64,000 nucleotides of DNA. Source: a virus. The DNA is taken from positions 6,320 through 70,319 of IMG/VR virus record IMGVR_UViG_3300023198_001252. The stretch is one strand, 5' to 3'. The position numbers and the translations under genes are program-made. Shown here piece by piece: positions 38,231-46,293 of the stretch. The notes under the pieces were generated by a model. It saw only the letters and a program-made list of their open reading frames with translations. It made no database searches and was not told the DNA's origin. The first letter of the stretch is position 1. Every line of letters begins with the position of its first letter.

Positions 38231-39284
38231 ATAATTTCTCCTGTTTTATTATTTTTTTTAATAATGGTTTATTTAATTTTAATCTATTCTCATTAATTCT
38301 ATTAAAACTTATATCACAATAAGTTTTATCATTTTCAATCATTATCCAATTTCTATTTAAATTATCTGCTGCTACTCCTGTAGTTCCTGAACCTGAAAAA
38401 CAATCTAGCACTATATCATTTTCATTAGAAGAGCATTTTATAATTTTTTCTATTAGCTTAATAGGTTTTTCGCAAACATGTCTTTTTCCTAAATTAGTAC
38501 TTTTAATGTTCCACATATTATTATGTTCTTTTTTCAAATTATGTGTATATCTTAACTCTTCATATTCTTCTCTTAACTCTTCATATTTTTTAAACTCTTT
38601 ATATTCATTAATATTGAATACATCTATCAATTCTGTATATGTTTCTTTTGTTGGTATATCCCATTGGCTAGAGTCATACCTAAAACAATGATCTGTTTTT
38701 TGACCTATAATATTTATTACTTGTTTTTTAGGTAAAACATAAAAACAATGTTCAGCCTTTCTATGTTTTAATCTTTTTGCTATACTTTTATTATTTTCTC
38801 CCATGAAGCATAAAAGATTATAAAAATATTTACGTAAAGTTGCAAAATTATTACAATCATGCTTAACTTTTTTTAATCCCGTAGAATCTTGAAAAGTATA
38901 AAATAAAATAAATTCACATACATTAAACCAACTTCGTAAATTACTTTTTTCTGTTGGGTTTTTCCATGACAAAGACCTAAAATCACCTTTATTCCATATA
39001 ATAAAAGAATTAAAAATAAATTCTGTATTATCTTCTAACCATCTCATAATATCTTTTATTTGTAGCATATCATTATGAAACCAATAAAAAGAGCCATTAT
39101 TTTTTAAAACTCTCTGACATTCAATAAAAACACTACCCATCCATTCTATATAATTATCTATTTTATCCCATTTTGTTTTTTTGATATTATATGGAGGATC
39201 TATACAAATAAGATTAATAGACTTATCTTTAATCTCTTTTAAGACATTCAAGCAATCACCCTTATATATATTATTTAATTCCAT
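38211..39284 (-). CDS. beta-class N4/N6 DNA methyltransferase
   Basis: IYKGDCL, ICIDPPYN, HVCEKPIKL, VLDCFSGSGTTG. Confidence 0.9.
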   Translation of the reverse strand: MELNNIYKGDCLNVLKEIKDKSINLICIDPPYNIKKTKWDKIDNYIEWMGSVFIECQRVLKNNGSFYWFHNDMLQIKDIMRWLEDNTEFIFNSFIIWNKGDFRSLSWKNPTEKSNLRSWFNVCEFILFYTFQDSTGLKKVKHDCNNFATLRKYFYNLLCFMGENNKSIAKRLKHRKAEHCFYVLPKKQVINIIGQKTDHCFRYDSSQWDIPTKETYTELIDVFNINEYKEFKKYEELREEYEELRYTHNLKKEHNNMWNIKSTNLGKRHVCEKPIKLIEKIIKCSSNENDIVLDCFSGSGTTGVAADNLNRNWIMIENDKTYCDISFNRINENRLKLNKPLLKKIIKQEKLFDNTND

Positions 39285-39286
39285 TT

Positions 39287-39736
39287 TTATAACTTCCCTA
39301 TATCATATTTAATTTTTTTAATATCATTAGCTGAGTATTCCCAAAATACAAAAACATCTCTAATATTTATTAACATATCCGGTTTTTCTATATTGCACAT
39401 TTTAATATAATCTTTTCTAGTTAATGCTCTATGTTTATTATAGATTGTTTGTATTGTGCACATTTCATTATTGTTTAATGTGTTTCTAACAATATGATAT
39501 GTTTTCTTAATTGAAAATTCAAATGTGTAAAATAAATGATAGAGTGTTTGCTTTAGGATAGTCCCTTCATTTGTTTTAATATATGTATCATTTGTAAATG
39601 ATGTTTTGAAATTTTTATAAAAGTAAACATCAATTAAAAATAAATATTGCAATATTTCTCTGTAGCTTAGGGCATGATCAATACTCAATAGGTATTGTAT
39701 AGCTTGTTTAACCTTTTCTTTATTATATTGTATCAT
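39287..39736 (-). CDS. divergent Panacea/SocA (DUF4065)-like antitoxin domain protein
   Basis: KVKQAIQYLL...ILQYLFLIDVYFYKNFKTSFTNDTYIKTNEGTIL resembles the KLLYxxD...ITGDxY.AxxxGPV pattern. Confidence 0.5.
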   Translation of the reverse strand: MIQYNKEKVKQAIQYLLSIDHALSYREILQYLFLIDVYFYKNFKTSFTNDTYIKTNEGTILKQTLYHLFYTFEFSIKKTYHIVRNTLNNNEMCTIQTIYNKHRALTRKDYIKMCNIEKPDMLINIRDVFVFWEYSANDIKKIKYDIGKL

Positions 39737-39739
39737 TTA

Positions 39740-40231
39740 TTATTTCTTAGCTCCATTTAATTGTTGGGGAAAATAGATGCCATTACGATCTTTAATTTTC
39801 GGGTGTAATTGATTTATATAATTTAAAGCTAACATTTTTATTCTATATTGTGGGCTTACTATAATGTATGGAATAGTCTTATTATGGCCACAACAACAAC
39901 CTATTGTAGGAATACCCTGAGCCCAAAGGTATTTTATTTCTGTTATAAGACATTTATCTACATCAATATAGTACCTCCGCTCATCTCCTAACCAATTAGT
40001 GATTTCGATATTAGGGGGTACTTTTAATCTGCTAGTATGTTCATTATTTCCAGGATACCTATTTTTAGTGCATATACATCTTTTGTTATTTCTTAATACC
40101 GTATTTATAATTTTATCTATCTTGCCTATATCTTTTGTATTTTTTAATTCGCAAAGTAAGGCAAAAACAAAATTATCTATTTTTATATTTTTATATTGTC
40201 CAATTATTAAATTATTTATATTATTTTCCAT
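39740..40231 (-). CDS. conserved phage hypothetical protein (CCCGH motif)
   Basis: IDVDKCLITEIKYLWAQGIPTIGCCCGH. Confidence 0.6.
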   Translation of the reverse strand: MENNINNLIIGQYKNIKIDNFVFALLCELKNTKDIGKIDKIINTVLRNNKRCICTKNRYPGNNEHTSRLKVPPNIEITNWLGDERRYYIDVDKCLITEIKYLWAQGIPTIGCCCGHNKTIPYIIVSPQYRIKMLALNYINQLHPKIKDRNGIYFPQQLNGAKK

Positions 40232-41291
40232 TTATTTCTAATCCTTTACTCTTTAATTGATCTATAGTTAGTATGTTATTTTTATTGTCTGTAAATTGAT
40301 TTATTTTAATATCCCCATTTTTCCATGCTTTATATCTTGTCGGTCCCAGTACACTTTTTTGGAATTTAGCAGATTGTTTATTTAACCATTCAGGATAATT
40401 TATAGTCTCAGCTACTTGTCCGTTCATACTTGCCCTGGTAGATTCTGACAATTCATCTTTATCAAATCCTAATTCCTTCCAGCTTTTTAATATTGGTGTT
40501 GTTGTTGAGCGACATCCAAAATGACTCGGAGGGACTTCACCATTTAATTCTGTAACACTTCCATCATAAAGATCTTTTTTACCATCAAGATTAATACAAA
40601 TTAAAGTTGTTCTACTATCTAAAGTTGACACCCACTGATAACCTTTTACAATATCCTCATTCTCTTGATAAAAAGATTCTTTAGTTGTATTTAATATATG
40701 GCTGTTTGTAGTTCTTACAATAGTTTGTATTTGACTTCTACTTCTTTGTAGTTTTCCATCTTTATAATTATTAGCTCTTGTACCAAATAATTCACGTGTC
40801 ATTTGTTGTAAGGTCTGCCCTTTAATTACTCCTGCCTTTACTGTATTTTCTACTATTTGTTTATTCTCAGTAGACCAACTATCAAACCATTGACTCATTT
40901 TCTTAGCTTCATAAGGCCTAGCATTTGCAGTTTTCCATACAGAGTCAATAGTTGGAATAGTCGTTTCAATATTTATATCAGAAGGTAAAGACGATTGTAT
41001 AGTGTCATTTTGAAATTCTAATTCATTACTTATAAGATTTTTAAAATCTTCTTCTGTAGTTGCAGTTACTAATTGTTTTAATATTTTATTAGATTTTGCA
41101 GCCCATTTTAATATTTTTTTACTTCTTTTTTTTGTTAATGTTTCTCCATCAATAGACAATACTTTCAGTCTTAAATCTTGTTCTATTTTTTGCATTACTT
41201 CCAATACATTTTTAACAGATTTATTTCTGAATTGGAAATTAAATATTTGTTCTTGAGTATTCTTATTTCTTAATTCATCGTTTATAGACAT
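40221..41291 (-). CDS. minor head morphogenesis protein (SPP1 gp7 / Mu F family)
   Basis: YQWVSTLDSRTTLIC..LDG, PPSHFGCRST, WLNKQS. Confidence 0.9.
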   Translation of the reverse strand: MSINDELRNKNTQEQIFNFQFRNKSVKNVLEVMQKIEQDLRLKVLSIDGETLTKKRSKKILKWAAKSNKILKQLVTATTEEDFKNLISNELEFQNDTIQSSLPSDINIETTIPTIDSVWKTANARPYEAKKMSQWFDSWSTENKQIVENTVKAGVIKGQTLQQMTRELFGTRANNYKDGKLQRSRSQIQTIVRTTNSHILNTTKESFYQENEDIVKGYQWVSTLDSRTTLICINLDGKKDLYDGSVTELNGEVPPSHFGCRSTTTPILKSWKELGFDKDELSESTRASMNGQVAETINYPEWLNKQSAKFQKSVLGPTRYKAWKNGDIKINQFTDNKNNILTIDQLKSKGLEINGK

Positions 41292-41930
41292 TTATTTGGC
41301 CTTTTCTATATAATTAATAATATCTTTATCTTCTTTTGTTAATAAAATAGACATTAGTTCTTTATTACTTCTTAATACATGTGATATAATAGATGCTACT
41401 ATACCTACATATTTTTCATTCTCAAATAATTCTATATCCTGTAAATAATAAAATAAGGCATGTACCATTTCATGTACAATTACACCATGGGTTTTTTGTA
41501 TATCTAATTCTTCCTTTACTATATAAATAATATGCTGGGCAGGGAAACAATAGCCAATAATATTATCATTTAGAAAAGAAGCTACGTGCTTTCTTGTTTT
41601 ATAAGCTATATCAAAATGTATATTTTCTATACTAATATAATTAGGAAAATCTTCTTTATTCTTTATAAAATTACTAAAATATTTTTTATTCCTTAATAAT
41701 AAACCAAAAATATTATAAGCATATTTCTCTTCAATATTAAATTCATTACAATAAGTATTATAAATAAGTTCAAATATATTATAATTTATATACTTAATAT
41801 TTTTATTAACTGACATTTTAGATTTATTACCTAACCGCTTATTATAAAATAATAAATCTTGTTCTTTTATATTCACTATAGAATCTATTATATCTAATTC
41901 CCATATAGTATTTATTGTATTAATATTCAT
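41292..41930 (-). CDS. HExxH metallopeptidase-like protein, paralog of 37583..38230
   Basis: GYCFPAQHIIYI...VIVHEMVHALF. Confidence 0.6.
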   Translation of the reverse strand: MNINTINTIWELDIIDSIVNIKEQDLLFYNKRLGNKSKMSVNKNIKYINYNIFELIYNTYCNEFNIEEKYAYNIFGLLLRNKKYFSNFIKNKEDFPNYISIENIHFDIAYKTRKHVASFLNDNIIGYCFPAQHIIYIVKEELDIQKTHGVIVHEMVHALFYYLQDIELFENEKYVGIVASIISHVLRSNKELMSILLTKEDKDIINYIEKAK

Positions 41931-42121
41931 CTATCTAATCCTTTACTTTTTTAAAACTATCCATATTAAAAATAGTATTGTCAACCAACTACAAACAGTT
42001 GCTAATATTCCTATGGATATAACAATAATAATTAAATATGAATTTTTAATATATTCAGATTGCTATTAGTATAAAAAGACATAAAGCCATAACAGAACCA
42101 AAAACATAAAAAAATAATAAA

Positions 42122-42643
42122 CTATTTAACATCTATATTTTCCTCTATGTTTTCTTTTTGTTGTTTATGAAAATTTTTAAAATATTTTAAAGTATTTAAA
42201 AAAATTAATTCTAATTCCGGTGATAGGTTATAGCGTTCTTTATTTATTTTAATACTTTCTATAATATCACCATTATCATGTCTTAATACTGCTGCATTCC
42301 AATCACAAAACATTTCAACTATTGATACTAAATCCATGTCTTTAATTCCATTTTCATGGTGCTCAATATGATGATCATTGTTTTTATAGTGGTGATCTAG
42401 TGCCGGTTTTAATTTTCTTAAGTTTCTTTTATACTCTTCACTGCCATAAGTTAATTTTTTAAGTAGTGGTGTATATTCATGGAATACACTAATCTCAGGA
42501 TCAAATAATTTACTACGATCATGGGTAGAGGCTCTAATAAATAATTGGTCAATAAAAGTAAAAATTAAAGATCGTACTGTGTCTATATGAGTAATTATAC
42601 TTTTTTGTGTTTCTTCATATTTATTTTTCTTTGGTGTTTTCAT
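42122..42643 (-). CDS. HD-like phosphohydrolase (DUF5662-like)
   Basis: THIDTVR...THDRSKL...HHYKNNDHHIEH...VEMFCDW. Confidence 0.7.
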   Translation of the reverse strand: MKTPKKNKYEETQKSIITHIDTVRSLIFTFIDQLFIRASTHDRSKLFDPEISVFHEYTPLLKKLTYGSEEYKRNLRKLKPALDHHYKNNDHHIEHHENGIKDMDLVSIVEMFCDWNAAVLRHDNGDIIESIKINKERYNLSPELELIFLNTLKYFKNFHKQQKENIEENIDVK

Positions 42644-42977
42644 TTGTTAAATCCTTTAGTAATTCTTCTGTTTTTTCTTCTGTTGCTTTATATTTTTCTA
42701 TAGTAATATTTGCAGATAGCATATTTTCAAGTGCTTTCTTCTGTTTCATTTGTTCTTGCAAATAACTTTTTTTTAAAACTTCACACATTTTGTCTATATT
42801 TTCCTCTAAACAAAATACAGAAAATTGAGTATCATATAAAAACCCACTACCTTTTCCTATGCAATTTAAAATAATAAAATCTAAATAAACTTTTTTAATA
42901 TCATGCTCTCTTATTCTTATACAGATCTCATCTTCTAATATAAGTTTACTTATCCATAATTTATATATTTTAATCAT
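42621..42977 (-). CDS. hypothetical protein
   Basis: Open frame in the operon. Confidence 0.55.
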   Translation of the reverse strand: MIKIYKLWISKLILEDEICIRIREHDIKKVYLDFIILNCIGKGSGFLYDTQFSVFCLEENIDKMCEVLKKSYLQEQMKQKKALENMLSANITIEKYKATEEKTEELLKDLTNENTKEK

Positions 42978-43019
42978 TTATTATATCCTTTATGTTTTAT
43001 TTTTCTATAAATATTTTAA

Positions 43020-43232
43020 TCACCAAATAAGATTAGTAAATTTTATAAATAGTTTTTTATACCACAATACTTTTCTACAATCGTTTAATTCTTCCTTATG
43101 TGCATCCCAATCACCACCACTACACATATTAGTTGTTTGATAATAATTATATTTGTCTTTTGCTTCTATTCTATAATAAGCTTCTCCAAAATAAGGTTTT
43201 TTGGATCTTATCTTATCCCCTATTTTAAACAT
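43020..43232 (-). CDS. hypothetical SH3-like small protein
   Basis: MFKIGDKIR start typical of small beta-barrel phage proteins. Confidence 0.55.
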   Translation of the reverse strand: MFKIGDKIRSKKPYFGEAYYRIEAKDKYNYYQTTNMCSGGDWDAHKEELNDCRKVLWYKKLFIKFTNLIW

Positions 43233-43476
43233 TATCTACCCCTCCTTCTGTTCCATGTAATTTCGGTCCTTTATTCTCACTAGGATAACATGCAAAAATC
43301 TCAGAGTTTTTATTAATATACTCTTCATTTACTGTAAAAAACTGCATACTATCTTTAGATAATTTAACAGTTCCTTCATATTCATTATTTTGCCATTCAA
43401 CCACTTCCCCTTCTGTGCTTTTAAAAATTGTACCTGATGGAATAATAATATCTTTTTTTGTAACATATTCTTTCAT
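43225..43476 (-). CDS. hypothetical protein, tandem paralog of 43536..43742
   Basis: TKKDIIIP(S/A)G(T/S)IF...LSKD..Q.F...YINxN. Confidence 0.7.
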   Translation of the reverse strand: MKEYVTKKDIIIPSGTIFKSTEGEVVEWQNNEYEGTVKLSKDSMQFFTVNEEYINKNSEIFACYPSENKGPKLHGTEGGVDNV

Positions 43477-43535
43477 ATACGCTATACCTCTTTTTATAAT
43501 CTAGGGGATATAATTATATCCCCTTCAATCACTAA

Positions 43536-43742
43536 TTAAACTGTTTTTACTATTTCAAACATTTCCGGGTTTTCATTAATGTAGTCGTCATTTAATTTGA
43601 ATGTTTGAGCTGTGTCTTTTGACAATCCTATTTCTGTTTCATAATTACCTTCTACATACTTTCTACTTTCATTATCCACATTAGTGAATATAGAACCTGC
43701 TGGAATAATAATGTCTTTTTTTGTTTTAAATTTGTTAATCAT
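43536..43742 (-). CDS. hypothetical protein, tandem paralog of 43225..43476
   Basis: Same shared pattern. Confidence 0.7.
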   Translation of the reverse strand: MINKFKTKKDIIIPAGSIFTNVDNESRKYVEGNYETEIGLSKDTAQTFKLNDDYINENPEMFEIVKTV

Positions 43743-43760
43743 TCATACCTCTTTTATAAT

Positions 43761-43967
43761 TTATATTTTTAAAAATTCTTTAGTGTATTTATTTTCATTA
43801 TAGTATTCAAAAGTTACAGGCACATCATCATGTAAAAAAACTAATTCACAATATAAACAAGCTAGTAAACCCCTATACTTTTTATTTCTATTTATCTTTT
43901 TACCACATACTAAACATTTTTGTTTTTTACCCATAGATAATACCTTTATTTTCATGATACTTTTCAT
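43761..43967 (-). CDS. small zinc-finger protein
   Basis: CLVCG...CLYC. Confidence 0.55.
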   Translation of the reverse strand: MKSIMKIKVLSMGKKQKCLVCGKKINRNKKYRGLLACLYCELVFLHDDVPVTFEYYNENKYTKEFLKI

Positions 43968-44535
43968 ATCTTTTGTTTATATTTTGAAACTCTTTAAGAG
44001 TTAAATTTTTAAAAAATCGTTCAGATATTTTACAGGTTCTTATTTGAGAGCATCCACCACGATACACACATTCCGGGACACAAGTATAATATAGTTCAGG
44101 ATAATCTACTTTTATAGAATTAAGAAATTCAATCCATGATAGTATTGTTTCAGCATGTGCTTTTTGGCATAATCGTTTTCTACTGATATTAATTATTGCT
44201 TGTGCATTGGCTACACATCTATGGGGTATTAATACAGTGCGTGTATTTTTTAATGTAGAATCTTTTAGTATATCTTCTCTTTGAGTACCAACAAAATGCT
44301 CAATCCCTATTTTATGTCTTACAAAATGTACAGAAACAAAAGATTTTATTTTTTGCCATATCCAATTTATTTTTAATAATCTAATAGGGGAATGTTCTGC
44401 TATTAATATAGATTTTTTCCATTTTGTATCTGGATTGTTTATTGGCTTTAAATATATAGTAGTTAGTGCAGCTTCTTTTATATCTTTCCATATCCCATTT
44501 ATATCTTGTCTTTTGACTTTACAGTTATTTGTCAA
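43927..44535 (-). CDS. thyX: ThyX-like (flavin-dependent thymidylate synthase fold) protein
   Basis: EHSPIR, HFVRHK...TQRED, NAQAIINISRKRLC, VPECVYRGGC. Confidence 0.7.
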   Translation of the reverse strand: MTNNCKVKRQDINGIWKDIKEAALTTIYLKPINNPDTKWKKSILIAEHSPIRLLKINWIWQKIKSFVSVHFVRHKIGIEHFVGTQREDILKDSTLKNTRTVLIPHRCVANAQAIINISRKRLCQKAHAETILSWIEFLNSIKVDYPELYYTCVPECVYRGGCSQIRTCKISERFFKNLTLKEFQNINKRYEKYHENKGIIYG

Positions 44536-44664
44536 TAACTTCTCCTATATTTATTGTTTTAGTTCCTTTGCTCATTTATAAACAGAGATATACCTATCTT
44601 TATGGTTTTTTTATTTATAGAATTTTAATGGTAGTTTCTCAATATTTTAGTTTTATTACTCAAT

Positions 44665-46200
44665 CTATTCAGCCCTAGCATCCTCTTCTTCTACTTCTGC
44701 TTCATTAATATTTATATTAGTTGTCATGGAAGATGCCTCTAGTTCATCAGTATGTTCATCAAAGGTTTTATCTGCTCTTATCAATTCACCTTTTTTTAAT
44801 AACATAAAAATATCGGGATCGGTTAATACTCCTGATTGCCAACTTTGTAATAAAGCTTGTAACATTTGAAAATTCATTGTATTGGGTAAATAATCAGTAT
44901 TCAATTTATATAAAATATCTTCTATTTCATTATCCGGTACATTAACCCATTTACCAGCTATTTGCAATCCTTTTGTTATTGCCCCACTAATACTATTGGC
45001 AATACTAGCTAATACACCCTGCTCACCTTGTCTATGTATAGTTGCTGCCTCAGCCGTTTCTGTTTGCTTTTTTTCAGGGGCAATTATACGAGCACCGAGT
45101 AAAGCCATAAGTCCTTCTTTTTGCTGCATAGCTACTCTTAATTCTTCTAATCCACTACCATCAAGGCTAAGAAATCCCCATTTACCTTTTTCATCAAAAA
45201 GTAATGTTCTACTACTACCTAATGTAATTGTGTCCTTTCCTTCCGGTTGTATATATCCAGCTAAACAAGGTGTAGGATTTCCGGTTAAAATTAATCCATT
45301 TTCATAGTTAGCACTATTTCTATAATGAGCTATATTAACATCTGATAAATCATTAATAGCAGAAAATTCAATATCCCAACTTATACCACGTTCTGTAATT
45401 GCGTAGAAAGGGATATAATTTAATCTTTGATTATCTATTTTCGGTTCTGCTTTAGACACCAATTCCCAATCAAAATTGGTTGCAGTAGTTCCGCTTTGTC
45501 CTGTTTGTACTACTTTTTCATATACTCTTTGCCTATAGTAACCATCAGTATCTAAATCAAGTACTCTTATTCTTTGTATACACACATTTTCAAATTCATT
45601 TGTGGCTTTTTTTGTTTCAGTTTCAAACAATGTAACAAAAGAAGTTTGATACTCATTATTTATTTTACTTTGTCTCCAATTATATACACATTCAGCACGA
45701 TATTGAACAAAGTAAGGTTTTAAATTTTTACTTTCAAATTCTGCCTTAGTCATTCTACTTGTATTTACTGCTGGAAAATCCACAAGTAAACCTACTCTAT
45801 TTTTTAATAATACTTGCTCAAATAGTTCTTTCGTAAAATCATCTAAAGTTTGATTCATAGCATTACAATTAGTTTGCATATACCTTAACTCTTCAGGCAA
45901 TTCTATCAAAGGATCTTTTCTAAAAACTAATCCGGTTAATCCGTCGACTGTTCTACCTGTAGCATTGAACCAAAGAGCATATTGTTGATAGACAGCATAA
46001 AGATTTGGACCATCTTGTTCTGTTGTATGTCCAGATAACATAGGTAAATAGGCTTTGCTTTGCAAAGAAAGTTTTATGGCTTCTTGCCCATCATTAGCAT
46101 CTTGATTTTTTAACCAATTAGAAGTATATAAAATATAATTAGGATGTTTATTATCTATTCCTGTTAATGTTAAATCTGTAGTTGTATTAATAGCAGCCAT
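44665..46200 (-). CDS. portal protein (DUF4055-like)
   Basis: 511 aa after the terminase; YLP..., N.TGRTVDGLTGLVFRKDP, NIAHYRNSA. Confidence 0.85.
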   Translation of the reverse strand: MAAINTTTDLTLTGIDNKHPNYILYTSNWLKNQDANDGQEAIKLSLQSKAYLPMLSGHTTEQDGPNLYAVYQQYALWFNATGRTVDGLTGLVFRKDPLIELPEELRYMQTNCNAMNQTLDDFTKELFEQVLLKNRVGLLVDFPAVNTSRMTKAEFESKNLKPYFVQYRAECVYNWRQSKINNEYQTSFVTLFETETKKATNEFENVCIQRIRVLDLDTDGYYRQRVYEKVVQTGQSGTTATNFDWELVSKAEPKIDNQRLNYIPFYAITERGISWDIEFSAINDLSDVNIAHYRNSANYENGLILTGNPTPCLAGYIQPEGKDTITLGSSRTLLFDEKGKWGFLSLDGSGLEELRVAMQQKEGLMALLGARIIAPEKKQTETAEAATIHRQGEQGVLASIANSISGAITKGLQIAGKWVNVPDNEIEDILYKLNTDYLPNTMNFQMLQALLQSWQSGVLTDPDIFMLLKKGELIRADKTFDEHTDELEASSMTTNININEAEVEEEDARAE

Positions 46201-46293
46201 TTAATATCCTCTTTAATAGTAAACAAATGTTCATTATTGTTAATATAACATAGTATTAAATAAAAAGCAAATATTATTTTTACCTTATTACTG

